Shown here piece by piece: positions 41,288-50,952 of a DNA stretch of 64,000 bases; position 1 is the first letter of the stretch, and each line of letters begins with the position of its first letter. A program made the position numbers and the translations under genes. The notes below the pieces were generated by a model, which worked only from the letters and a program-made list of their open reading frames with translations, made no database searches and was not told the origin of the DNA. The stretch comes from an uncultured Thermofilaceae archaeon (lineage in GTDB: Archaea; Thermoproteota; Thermoprotei; Thermofilales; B69-G16). The stretch is taken from the NCBI GenBank assembly GCA_964501905.1, contig CAZCTW010000006.1, forward strand, positions 4,311 through 68,310, written 5' to 3'.

Positions 41288-42484
41288 ATGCAGGCAGGGA
41301 GTAGTTTGGTTAGGAAAGCCGTAGTTTTCGCCGCCGGTGAGGGGACTAGGCTTAGACCTTTAACTTTGAATAGGCCTAAACACTTACTGCCCTTAGCTGG
41401 TAAGCCTCTGATCTACTGGATTTTAAAAGCCGTCGAGTATGCGGGAGTGAGAGAGGTTGGCGTCGTCGTGCATTATAAGGCAGAGATGATAGCCTCTTAC
41501 CTAAAAAAACTCGATACAGAGTTAAAGATACGCTGCATCCTCCAGCACAAACCCAACGGAACGGCAGGGGCTCTAGAAGCAGCTCGAAATTACATCGACG
41601 GTGAGGAATTTCTACTGGTGTACGGGGACGTAGTGGTCGATCGTGGAGACCTTAAGGAGATGATTTCACTGTTCAGGAGGGGGATCTACGATGCTGTAGT
41701 GCTGGGAGTTCAAGTGGAGAATCCGTGGGACTATGGCGTATTCAGGCTTAAGGAAGGGAAGCTGATGGAAAGCGTTGTCGAGAAACCCCCTAGGGGGCAG
41801 GAACCTTCTAACTTGATTAATGGCGGCGTTTACGTCTTCTCCTCTAGGATACTGAAGTTCCTGGACAAAGTCGGGTTCTCAGTTAGGGGCGAAAAAGAGC
41901 TTACTGATGCCCTGCAGATGCTGGCTTCCCGAGGCAAGGTTTTCGTCTATCAAACCGAGAGACGGAAATGGCGGGATATAGGCAAGCCTTGGGATTTGCT
42001 TGAAGCTAACGGCTACCTGTTGCGCGCATATCCGCCTTTAATCCCTAAAGGTGGATTTAGTCGGGGGGTCGTAATTAGAGAGCCCGTTTACATAGGGAAG
42101 GGGGTTGAGATAGGGGATTATTCAATCATAGGACCTAACGTATCTATTTATGATGACGTTAAAATTGGGAGATTTTCTAGAGTAAGTAACTCTATAATAA
42201 TGGCGGGAACTAAGATTGGCGATCGAACATCTGTCAACTATAGCATTGTAGGAGAAAACGTAGTCTTAGGGGATAAGGTAACCGTGCTATTTAGGAGCGA
42301 GGATAGAGGAAATGTGAAAATGGTGGTTAAGGGTAGGAGAGTGGATACCGGCAGGAAGGAGATGGGTTGTGTTATAGGAGACGAGGCTATAGTGGGTAGT
42401 GGGTCGCTGATCAAGGCGGGAGCTGTTATATTCAATAAAGCCGTTATACCTCCTGGCTCTGTTGTTGAAGGAGTACTTAAGTAA
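41288..42484 (+). CDS. Bifunctional-type sugar-1-phosphate nucleotidyltransferase with C-terminal LbH domain (GlmU-like architecture)
   Basis: [16 protein letters not shown], then a Rossmann-like domain, then C-terminal hexapeptide repeats ([20 protein letters not shown]...). Confidence 0.85.
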   Translation: MQAGSSLVRKAVVFAAGEGTRLRPLTLNRPKHLLPLAGKPLIYWILKAVEYAGVREVGVVVHYKAEMIASYLKKLDTELKIRCILQHKPNGTAGALEAARNYIDGEEFLLVYGDVVVDRGDLKEMISLFRRGIYDAVVLGVQVENPWDYGVFRLKEGKLMESVVEKPPRGQEPSNLINGGVYVFSSRILKFLDKVGFSVRGEKELTDALQMLASRGKVFVYQTERRKWRDIGKPWDLLEANGYLLRAYPPLIPKGGFSRGVVIREPVYIGKGVEIGDYSIIGPNVSIYDDVKIGRFSRVSNSIIMAGTKIGDRTSVNYSIVGENVVLGDKVTVLFRSEDRGNVKMVVKGRRVDTGRKEMGCVIGDEAIVGSGSLIKAGAVIFNKAVIPPGSVVEGVLK

Positions 42485-42498
42485 TACGAGGTGACGGA

Positions 42499-44805
42499 GT
42501 GAAGGCTTTAAGGGTAAGAGTTTCGGGGATAGTACAGGGGGTCGGTTTTAGACCATTTATTTACAGAATAGCCGTGAAAAATGGGCTAAAAGGCTACGTT
42601 TTAAACCTAGGAGGCTCAGAAGTCGAGATATGGGTTGAGGGAGAACCGAGCAACTTAAAGAAGTTTCTAGAAGATTTAGAGAAGGAAAAACCCCCTCCTG
42701 CTATACTAGACGAAGTAGAGGTTGTGGAAGCTAAACCCGTTGGGTACAGCGATTTTAAGATTTTAAAAAGCGGAAACGTAATCTCGAAATATTCTATGAT
42801 TCCTCCTGACATAGGCATTTGTGACTACTGCCTCGAAGAAATTCTAGATCCTAATAGCAGATGGTACCGCTACCCATTCAATTCGTGCGCGTGGTGTGGA
42901 CCTAGATTTACCATTATGAAGAGGGTTCCTTACGACAGGGAAAATACTTCAATGATCGACTTTCCCCTCTGCGAGGAATGTTTGAGAGAATACAACGACT
43001 CCAGTAATATAAGGCGCCATCATGTTCAAGGGATAAGCTGTCCAAAATGTGGCCCTAAAGTCTTCCTGTTAGATAAAGATGGGGTTAAGATAGAGGTTAA
43101 TGATCCGATAGCCGAGGCAGCTAAAGCGATTGATGAAGGAGGTATAGTTGCTGTAAAGGGACTGGGGGGTTTTCATATAGCGGCTTTAGCCAGCGATGAC
43201 GATGTCGTAGCTTTGCTTAGAGAGAGGAAGAGAAGACCTCAAAAACCTTTTGCTTTAATGGCTTTAGATTTATCCATTGTACAGGAAATTTCGTCCCCAA
43301 CACCGGCCCATATCGAGCTTTTAAAATCTCCTCAAAAGCCGATAGTGCTTGTGCCTAAAAAGGAAGATTCTCCAGTCTCTCCTTTAGTGGCGCCGGGTTT
43401 ATCTACTCTTGGGATAATGTTACCCTATACAGGGCTCCACTACCTTCTCCTTAAGGAGACTAGGGATAAATATCTCATAATGACCAGCGGCAATAAGAAA
43501 AATCTGCCTATATCGAGGACCACCGAGGACGCTTTGAGGGAGCTTAGAGATTTTGTAGACTACTTCCTCATCCACAACAGGGAGATAGTTAACAGAGCTG
43601 ACGACAGCGTAGTTAGGATATCGATGGGCGAGCCTATGTTTTTGAGGAGGAGTAGAGGTTACGCGCCTAAATGGATTAAGACGCCTTTTAAATTTGAACG
43701 AGTAATCGTCGCCATGGGTGCTCAAATAGCTAATGTAGGAGCCGTGGCTTTCAGCAACTACATAGTCCCTACTCAATATATCGGCGATATGGAAAATTAT
43801 CAAGCTCTCAAATACTTAGAAGAAGCCCTGAATTTTTTGATAAAATCTTATAAGCTAGATTTAAAAAATGCCGTCTTCGTCTCCGATATACATCCAGTCT
43901 ATGATACCACGAGGCTCGCAGAGGAGTGGGCCTTAAAGTATGGGGGAGAACACGTTAAAGTTCAGCACCATCACGCTCACATAGCCTCTGTCATGGCTTC
44001 CCTAGGCTTAAAACCGGGTTTAGGAGCTATAGGAATAGCTATAGACGGCGTGGGCTATGGCGCCGATGGCAATATTTGGGGAGGAGAAATCATGTACGTG
44101 GAATACAACAAGTATAAACGTCTTGGACATCTTGAATACCAACCTATGCCCGGAGGAGATAGAGCTACTCGCTACCCTTCTAGGATAGCAGTTGGAATTA
44201 TAGCGGAGAGAATGGGAGATTACTACGCGGTTAAGTACGCAGAAAAACTGGGCTTGTACAAGGGCTTGCCGTATGGGAATGAAGAGTTAAAAGTTATCTT
44301 ATCTCAACTTTCAAGGAGCCCTAGAGCGTCAAGTATAGGTAGGTTTTTAGACGCGGTGTCCGCCCTGCTAGGCGTCTGCTACGAGCGAACATATGAAGGA
44401 GAGCCCGCTATGAAGCTAGAGGATTACGCATTAGGTGGGCGTATATTGGATAATTTAGATATCGAAATCGAGGAAAGGAAAGGCCGGCACATAATCTTAA
44501 CTGGGGATTTACTTTTGGACTTGCTCGAGAAGATAGGTAGAGAAGATAGACGGAGTTTGGCGTTTACAGTACAATACCGGCTTGGCTATGCCCTAGGAAT
44601 CATTGCAAAAGATCTTCTTAAGGATTATAATGCCGAGAAGATTATAGTTTCGGGAGGCGCCGCCGTGAACGAGATAATAATGAAAGGGGTATGTGATGGC
44701 GTAGGGCTTAGAAAGCTAGTAGTCAGACCGCAATCCTTACCTCCGGGCGATGGCGGTTTATCAACTGGCCAAGCAGCTATTGCGAACATGTTAAGGACGT
44801 TTTAA
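42499..44805 (+). CDS. hypF: Carbamoyltransferase HypF ([NiFe]-hydrogenase maturation)
   Basis: 768 aa with a GTG start. Acylphosphatase domain (VSGIVQGVGFRPF), two Zn-finger pairs (CDYC...CAWCGPRFT; CEEC...CPKCGP), a YrdC-like domain (VKGLGGFHIA) and a Kae1-like C-terminal domain. Confidence 0.9.
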   Translation: MKALRVRVSGIVQGVGFRPFIYRIAVKNGLKGYVLNLGGSEVEIWVEGEPSNLKKFLEDLEKEKPPPAILDEVEVVEAKPVGYSDFKILKSGNVISKYSMIPPDIGICDYCLEEILDPNSRWYRYPFNSCAWCGPRFTIMKRVPYDRENTSMIDFPLCEECLREYNDSSNIRRHHVQGISCPKCGPKVFLLDKDGVKIEVNDPIAEAAKAIDEGGIVAVKGLGGFHIAALASDDDVVALLRERKRRPQKPFALMALDLSIVQEISSPTPAHIELLKSPQKPIVLVPKKEDSPVSPLVAPGLSTLGIMLPYTGLHYLLLKETRDKYLIMTSGNKKNLPISRTTEDALRELRDFVDYFLIHNREIVNRADDSVVRISMGEPMFLRRSRGYAPKWIKTPFKFERVIVAMGAQIANVGAVAFSNYIVPTQYIGDMENYQALKYLEEALNFLIKSYKLDLKNAVFVSDIHPVYDTTRLAEEWALKYGGEHVKVQHHHAHIASVMASLGLKPGLGAIGIAIDGVGYGADGNIWGGEIMYVEYNKYKRLGHLEYQPMPGGDRATRYPSRIAVGIIAERMGDYYAVKYAEKLGLYKGLPYGNEELKVILSQLSRSPRASSIGRFLDAVSALLGVCYERTYEGEPAMKLEDYALGGRILDNLDIEIEERKGRHIILTGDLLLDLLEKIGREDRRSLAFTVQYRLGYALGIIAKDLLKDYNAEKIIVSGGAAVNEIIMKGVCDGVGLRKLVVRPQSLPPGDGGLSTGQAAIANMLRTF

Positions 44806-44976
44806 TGAGCGCCAACTATACAACTAGGCTTTCCGATTTTGAAATTCCTAGCACGATCAAAATCACGGCTCGATGTATTAGAGAAGTTATATCAACATTT
44901 TATCCGAAAGACTCTTAAAACAGATAAGTGACGATGTCATCCTATACGTCTATAGGGTAAAAGTGAAGAGATAAAA

Positions 44977-45687
44977 CTATGTGGATAATTCTATACCTGC
45001 TCTACTTTTCTCGACGAGTTCGGCTTTTAAAATTCTAAGTGTGTAGGAAAACTCCCCGGTTTTCTCAATTTTCCCCTTTACTCTTAGCCCCTTCTCGAAA
45101 AGAGGGGCGTCCAGCACTAGGGTTTCCGCTTCTCCCCCTTCGAAAGCCGGGTTAAAGCCGTACTTTTCCGCTAACGATATTATCTCCTCCACATCTTGTG
45201 GAGAAATTATTTTGCCCAGGAATCTGCCAGGGAGGCCGAGGACGCTGATAGAAGTTATTATGAATTTAAAACCCTCTCTTACTATAAACCTCATGTATTT
45301 GGCTTGATTTTTCCTCCATAGGGGCGAAAAAGTTCTTAATCCAAGTTCTTCACAGAGTAAATTTATCATCATACGCTGATAATCTGAAAGTAGGGCTCCC
45401 GTCACTATTCCTTCAATTTCGTACTTTTCCACCGCTTTTTCAAATCCACGTTTTAAATCCTCCAATTCTCTATCTTTAACCCCGCTGGTGTAAGCGTATA
45501 TTAGCGGAATCTTCATAGCCTTAGCTTGCAACTTGGTTAGCTCCACTCCAGGTCTGTGAAACATCCAGGAGTCTACGCGCTCTGGTTGGAAAGTTAAAAG
45601 GCAAACTACTTGGAAACCTTTTAAAACTGCCCAGTGGAGAGCATACGTGCTATCCTTTCCTCCTGAAAAAAGAGAACATATCCTCAC
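44977..45687 (-). CDS. dph6: Diphthine--ammonia ligase-like N-type ATP pyrophosphatase (Dph6/MJ0570 family)
   Basis: N-terminal PP-loop LFSGGKDST. Length of about 230 aa is typical of the family. Confidence 0.8.
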   Translation of the reverse strand: MRICSLFSGGKDSTYALHWAVLKGFQVVCLLTFQPERVDSWMFHRPGVELTKLQAKAMKIPLIYAYTSGVKDRELEDLKRGFEKAVEKYEIEGIVTGALLSDYQRMMINLLCEELGLRTFSPLWRKNQAKYMRFIVREGFKFIITSISVLGLPGRFLGKIISPQDVEEIISLAEKYGFNPAFEGGEAETLVLDAPLFEKGLRVKGKIEKTGEFSYTLRILKAELVEKSRAGIELST

Positions 45688-45688
45688 T

Positions 45689-46282
45689 TTACTGCCCGCC
45701 TCGACCAGCTAAAATAGAGGCTTTTAAACCCCCAATTATAGCCTTACCTAATTCCTCCGAGTAAGCGAAAATTATGAAATCTCCGTCTAGAGTTTCAAAA
45801 CTCTCTTTAAGTTTTTTAGCGAGCAGGGGAAAGTAACTTTCTATCTTTCCTAAGTTCGGTGGTAGGACAAAGTCTCCCTTTTTAACTTCAATAATTAGCG
45901 CGCCTTTAGCTCCTCCTCTGACAGCTTCATCCCTCACTTCTACAATTTTAAAAGGAGAGGTATTTCTAATGAGAAAACCGACTCCTTCACATAAAGAGCA
46001 TACTTCTTCGGCGTTAAAGGCATTTACAGAAACTATCTTAAATTGGGATAACTTATCCCTTAAAAGTTTTAAACCCTTCTCGCTTAGGGTAGTTCCTCCA
46101 CGCTTAGTTTCCACTAAGCTTCTATTACTAAGGTTTTTTAGTATTCTCTTCACTACTCCTTCTCCGATATCTAAATAGCTACTTATCTGTCTCCTTCCCA
46201 ATCTTCCTCGAAGGAATAGTAGTAATAGTAGGGAAACTTCCTCGAAATTTATATCACCATCTCTAGGCGACACGCCCCTCAC
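45689..46282 (-). CDS. Putative wHTH transcriptional regulator with uncharacterised C-terminal domain
   Basis: The segment LGRRQISSYLDIGEGVVKRILKNLSNRSLVETKRGGTTLSEKGLKLL resembles a winged helix. Its stop lies 1 nt from the dph6 start. Confidence 0.6.
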   Translation of the reverse strand: MRGVSPRDGDINFEEVSLLLLLFLRGRLGRRQISSYLDIGEGVVKRILKNLSNRSLVETKRGGTTLSEKGLKLLRDKLSQFKIVSVNAFNAEEVCSLCEGVGFLIRNTSPFKIVEVRDEAVRGGAKGALIIEVKKGDFVLPPNLGKIESYFPLLAKKLKESFETLDGDFIIFAYSEELGKAIIGGLKASILAGRGGQ

Positions 46283-46389
46283 TCGGCTAAATGTGCTCTA
46301 TTCTAGAGATACGAAGATTTGCTTATTTATCTTAAGTTTGTCGTGATTGTTAAACTTTATCGGTAAATAAAATTAGAGATTGGTTTAGG

Positions 46390-46848
46390 TTAAAAACGCC
46401 AATGTGTATACTTCCACACTATAGTATCCCCGTTTGCCAAGACATATTTATCCGCCGCCACTGGACCCATCTCTAAATTACCACTCGTGACGTTATAAAT
46501 GTACCAAAGCCAGGAGTATCCTTCGCGCTTAGATATTATATTTTCTTTAACGTTATTAACCGCGGTTACATAAGCTCCGTATTCGCCGTAGATGTACTCT
46601 ACTTGTGAGACTGAAGTCAGTGCTGAGAGGACTGTAGCGCCTGCGGGGAGAACAGTGCTGTTGAACCATTGTAGCGTGCCGTTTCCATAGTCGATTCCTA
46701 TGTTAACCACGATGGTTTTGCTCGTTAGGCTATCGTAGAGTTTTTTGATAGTCGAGTATTCGTTGTAGTAGTAGGCGGCCAAGGACGTAGCTAGCAGAGA
46801 CCACACTAACAATATTCCTATGAGAAGAGATTTAGAAGACGCCTTCAT
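46390..46848 (-). CDS. Secreted DUF4430-like (transcobalamin-C-terminal-like) protein
   Basis: N-terminal signal/anchor helix. GATVLSALT...ANGDTIVWKY is reminiscent of DUF4430. Confidence 0.7.
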   Translation of the reverse strand: MKASSKSLLIGILLVWSLLATSLAAYYYNEYSTIKKLYDSLTSKTIVVNIGIDYGNGTLQWFNSTVLPAGATVLSALTSVSQVEYIYGEYGAYVTAVNNVKENIISKREGYSWLWYIYNVTSGNLEMGPVAADKYVLANGDTIVWKYTHWRF

Positions 46849-47374
46849 AAAACACCCCCCTTTTCTCCAATTCTCGGAATAAAACGTAAGTTAGTAGAGA
46901 TGTACACAACTCGGTTATGGGCCCAACCCCTATTAAACTCCCTCCGAAAACCGGGAGAAACAAGCCTACAATACCCCAAGTTAAAGCGTCTAGCGGTTTA
47001 AAGCCTATTGCCACATAGAGAATAAAAGACGATAGTATGTCGAAGAAAAATATGCTCAAATACAACCACGCAAAAAGTTCTACTCCGCTCCACTTACGCC
47101 TTCTCGCTAAACCCCAAAGAAAACCCATAAACCCGGCTAGAAGAGAATTTACTATCGTCCATATTCCAGGGAATATCAATAAATCGGAAATCGTATAGGA
47201 TAGAAGACCTACGAAAAAGCCCGCTCTGGATCCGAGGAAAAGACTAGATAATATCGTGAATAGGAGGGGGAAATTAACAAATTGCACTGCCGTAACTGCA
47301 TTTTTAACATATCTAAATAATACTGCAAGGCTTGCAAATAATGCGATTGTACTCACTTCGTAGCTACGCACCAT
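46832..47374 (-). CDS. Small polytopic membrane protein, ECF S-component-like
   Basis: 180 aa with 5-6 TM helices. It overlaps the downstream DUF4430-like gene by 17 nt (same operon). Confidence 0.6.
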   Translation of the reverse strand: MVRSYEVSTIALFASLAVLFRYVKNAVTAVQFVNFPLLFTILSSLFLGSRAGFFVGLLSYTISDLLIFPGIWTIVNSLLAGFMGFLWGLARRRKWSGVELFAWLYLSIFFFDILSSFILYVAIGFKPLDALTWGIVGLFLPVFGGSLIGVGPITELCTSLLTYVLFRELEKRGVFYEGVF

Positions 47375-47475
47375 TATTTAAATGGTACAATTATCCCATA
47401 TTTAAATATTATTATTATCACAGAATATCAATTCTTGCTTATAAATTATAAAATAGATTATATAAAATTTAGAAT

Positions 47476-50400
47476 TTACTCTTCTTCGGCTTGGAAAATT
47501 TCAAAGATTCCCCCTTCTTCTTTAATTTCCCTTCCCGAGGCTTCTATTTCTTCTCGTTTGGACTCTTCTTTGGGCGGAGGAGGAGGCAGTTTCTTCTTTC
47601 TACGTTTAATATAGAACGCGAAGATAAGGAAAGCTATGGTAATTATTGCGATTATAATTAGGAGTACTATCTTCCAGAATGCTAGTTTAACTCTTACTTT
47701 TATCTCGTTACTTCTAGCAGTTGAAAATACTCTCGTTTCTTCCAGAGTTACCCTATATTTGTAAACTCCAGTTGACTCCTCCACTACTCTGAAGACTGCC
47801 GTCCCGTCTTCTCTTGTAGTATTCGTTGCTAAAGGTATGAACTCTCTATTTGTCGATTTTTCTAAGACAACGGTAACGCCAGCTACCGGGTCGCCCGTAG
47901 AATCTACAGCTGAGACTACTACGTAAAATGGTCTTCCTTCTTCAGGAGTGCCTCTTACTTCAACATTTAGCGTTACGCTCTTCTTTCTAATAATAGCCGT
48001 TGCAGTGGCGACTGCTGGAGCCCTAAGCCCATCACCTTCAAACATAACCGATATTTCATGGGTGCCCGAGGAGTCGAAGATAATTTCACCGGTCATGATA
48101 CCCATGCTATTAGTTACGCCCGAATCGATTAGGAAGCCGTCTGCGTAGTAGTATAGCGTTAACCCCCCTATAGGCGTCATGTTGGCGTAGGTCGCAGAAA
48201 CGCTGAAGCTTAGCGGTTCATCTACAAATGATTCTAAAACGGTTCGTTGAATTCTCAATCTAACTGAAAGCTTATAAACTGTTAGAGGCAAAACTTCGGA
48301 ATCCGATCCTGCGTAGACATCGTCGCCTTCAAAGTGGGCAGAGTACTCGTAATTTCCCGGAGTTACCTCTCTGATAGTACAAGAAACTGTTCCTGATGCG
48401 CTTGTTAACTGCTCGCAGATAACCTCTGTGCCCTTTAAAAAGACTATGTTTCTTCCGCTTATGGGATTTCCCTCGTCGTCGACGAGAGTAGCTGTGAGAG
48501 TGAAGGGTATGGTTACGTTAGCTAGTTCGGGAGCCTCTAACGTCAAAGTGGTGGGTATTAAGCCTATTTCTATGCTAACCACATTGCTCGTAGTCCTATA
48601 ATATTCATCATCGCCTGCGAACCTCGCCCTGTAGTAGAAAACTCCACGCCCTTCTTCCGATAGCTCAAATATAGCGATACCCCCGTCGCTGGTAATTTTT
48701 ACATCGACGAGAGCCCACTCTTCCATGTCGACACTCTTCTCCAATATAACGGTTTTACCCTCTAAAGGCTCTCCTTCATACGTTAACGTGGCTAAAAGTT
48801 GGAAAACACGGCCGATACCCACATATGAAGGACCAGTGAGCTCAAGGTTTGGAACCGGCAGTACTTCGACCGTTATGGGAGCGCTTACAGAACTGGTATA
48901 GTATACTGAGCCCGTGTATACAACCCTAAACGAGTAAAGCCCCGGTTCTGGAGGCGTATATGCGATCTCTGCATAGCCAGAGACATCTGTTATATCTGTC
49001 CCTATCGTAGACCACGAGCTTCCAGTCCATACTTGGAACTCAACTGTTTGCCCGCTTATTCCAACGGAGCCGGAGTAGAGGTAGGCAGTTAAAATTAATG
49101 GTATTCCAGAGCCTGAAATGGGTGGTCCTGTTAGGGTTAGAGCAGTTTCAAGTTTTAGTTCGTAAACCCTTAAACCAAAATACCACTCCGTGCCCAGCGG
49201 GGAATAGTAGGCTAGGGTTAAAATAGCCGTACTCGCCCCCGGGTAGTTGAAATCGAATTCCACTTCGCCTAATGTGTTAGATACTCTATTTCTAACTTCG
49301 ATGATTGATCCGCTTACTCTATTCTTTAACTGTAACTGTACGTTTGCTCCTTCTAGCGGGTCTACGCCATCGGTTATTTTAACGTCAACCCGAAAAGCGT
49401 CGCCAGGCCAACCGTGTGTAGAATCTGGCGTGCCACCCCTATAAACGGTGAGGGAGTCTATGATATTCGGGGTTTTGAGGTAGAGTAGCATTTCGTCAAC
49501 TTCTACTGTACCGCTTAGGGGGAAATCCGCTAAGTTAAGGTCTCCTAGCGCGTCAATTGAAGCGGGCTCGTAAGCTGTTCTCGTGGAGCCTGACACTATC
49601 GTTAGGTTGATAACTTCTGCTCGGGGCGGGATAGTCCAGAAGACTTCTGACATAGAGACGGGGGGAGAGAAGCGTTTACGGTATATTATAACTCCGTAGT
49701 CGCTATCTGATTTCACTATCGAGGTTCCGAGCCCCCAACCGCTATGGAAGCCTGGGAGGTAAAGGAAAGTGCATGGGGGAATAACTATTCTCATTTTCCA
49801 ATTTCTTAGTGGAATTATATAGTCTGCTAGGTTAAGCGTGACTATCCCGGGAGAGGATGCCATAACACTTTTCCTCACTTCATTACCTTCAATGAGCTCT
49901 ACTACGGCTCCCGGAGGAAGATCTTTTACAACGATACCTAGTGACCGGTAAACTCTAATATTATCAAATAAAACAGGCGATTCAGGCGTATAGGCAGTAA
50001 GCCTTAGAACGACTGAATAGGCATCGGTTGACTGGTGGGCTACTACAGTCTCCCATTCATCGTCCATACGCAGATACCCGCTATAATATGCGGTTCCACC
50101 ACCTCCTCCATAATATTGTATTCTTAAATGGAAAACCTGATCTATTGGCGGAGCTATAGGATTTACGGAGTTTGGGGGCGGATTGTAGACTGTTCCCGCT
50201 GAAATTTTTACGGAGAGGGAAGCTATACTTGTAGTAGAGGATAAGGGATTTGAAGTGTCGCCGCTGTATCGCGATAAACTAAGGCCTAGCATATTATAGC
50301 CCGGCGATTTTAAAGTAACTTCATAAATAGCGTATCCTAGTAGATCATTGAACTCTAAAAAGCCCCAATCCGCTGCGCTTTCCGCTACTAGCCATCCGTC

Positions 50401-50676
50401 TTCGATTGCCCAACCGCCGCTGAGAGCTGTCCACCTCGTGGAGTCAAGCGTATTGAATTCATCATATAGTATTAAGCCAGAGGATTCTAGGATGATGTCG
50501 TCTCCTGTGAATTCGTATATATCTCCGCCCCAGATATATTCGAAACTTTTTTCGATAGTTCTAGGTCTAAAGTCTTGCACCCAAGTGGAGCTTGGAGTCC
50601 CCCTCGCTATCTCCAAATTTATAAAGATTAAAATAACCAGAAGCGCAATGAAGGTTCTCTTATATTTAATATGCAT
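47476..50676 (-). CDS. Large cell-surface protein: signal peptide, lectin/LamG-like N-terminal region, tandem Ig-like domains, C-terminal TM anchor and charged tail
   Basis: 1066 aa. N-terminal hydrophobic signal (FIALLVILIFINLEIARG). At least five repeats of about 95-100 aa, each ending in an F/Y-x-G-D-x-x-Y...S-x-x-(V/I)-x-(V/I) pattern. C-terminal TM helix (aa 998-1023), then KRRKKKLPPPPPKEE... Confidence 0.85.
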   Translation of the reverse strand: MHIKYKRTFIALLVILIFINLEIARGTPSSTWVQDFRPRTIEKSFEYIWGGDIYEFTGDDIILESSGLILYDEFNTLDSTRWTALSGGWAIEDGWLVAESAADWGFLEFNDLLGYAIYEVTLKSPGYNMLGLSLSRYSGDTSNPLSSTTSIASLSVKISAGTVYNPPPNSVNPIAPPIDQVFHLRIQYYGGGGGTAYYSGYLRMDDEWETVVAHQSTDAYSVVLRLTAYTPESPVLFDNIRVYRSLGIVVKDLPPGAVVELIEGNEVRKSVMASSPGIVTLNLADYIIPLRNWKMRIVIPPCTFLYLPGFHSGWGLGTSIVKSDSDYGVIIYRKRFSPPVSMSEVFWTIPPRAEVINLTIVSGSTRTAYEPASIDALGDLNLADFPLSGTVEVDEMLLYLKTPNIIDSLTVYRGGTPDSTHGWPGDAFRVDVKITDGVDPLEGANVQLQLKNRVSGSIIEVRNRVSNTLGEVEFDFNYPGASTAILTLAYYSPLGTEWYFGLRVYELKLETALTLTGPPISGSGIPLILTAYLYSGSVGISGQTVEFQVWTGSSWSTIGTDITDVSGYAEIAYTPPEPGLYSFRVVYTGSVYYTSSVSAPITVEVLPVPNLELTGPSYVGIGRVFQLLATLTYEGEPLEGKTVILEKSVDMEEWALVDVKITSDGGIAIFELSEEGRGVFYYRARFAGDDEYYRTTSNVVSIEIGLIPTTLTLEAPELANVTIPFTLTATLVDDEGNPISGRNIVFLKGTEVICEQLTSASGTVSCTIREVTPGNYEYSAHFEGDDVYAGSDSEVLPLTVYKLSVRLRIQRTVLESFVDEPLSFSVSATYANMTPIGGLTLYYYADGFLIDSGVTNSMGIMTGEIIFDSSGTHEISVMFEGDGLRAPAVATATAIIRKKSVTLNVEVRGTPEEGRPFYVVVSAVDSTGDPVAGVTVVLEKSTNREFIPLATNTTREDGTAVFRVVEESTGVYKYRVTLEETRVFSTARSNEIKVRVKLAFWKIVLLIIIAIITIAFLIFAFYIKRRKKKLPPPPPKEESKREEIEASGREIKEEGGIFEIFQAEEE
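47686..49152 (-). repeat. Five tandem Ig-like domain repeats inside the surface-protein gene (protein-level repeat)
   Basis: Repeat ends at the protein level are VVYTGSVYYTSSVSAPITVEV, RFAGDDEYYRTTSNVVSIEI, HFEGDDVYAGSDSEVLPLTV, MFEGDGLRAPAVATATAIIRK and VTLEETRVFSTARSNEIKVRV. They are diverged at the DNA level. Confidence 0.6.
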
Positions 50677-50952
50677 TAACTCACCTCATTAATGGTAGTA
50701 TAGAATACTTTGAGTATATATTTATTTAGAGTTTCAATTTTAACCTGCTAGTTAAAGATTTTACACGCGGTTCTTTTCGTAACCCAAATATTTTCAAAGA
50801 CTTCTCATCACTTTAACCTATTATTTAGGTCACATTTCGGAGCTTCCTTTATAGGATGTGTGAATCAAAATGAAAAACTAAAATAAACTCTTAGATTTTC
50901 GTATCGAATCTTTTAGAAAACTATTTCAATAATAGAGTTTATAACCCATTAT

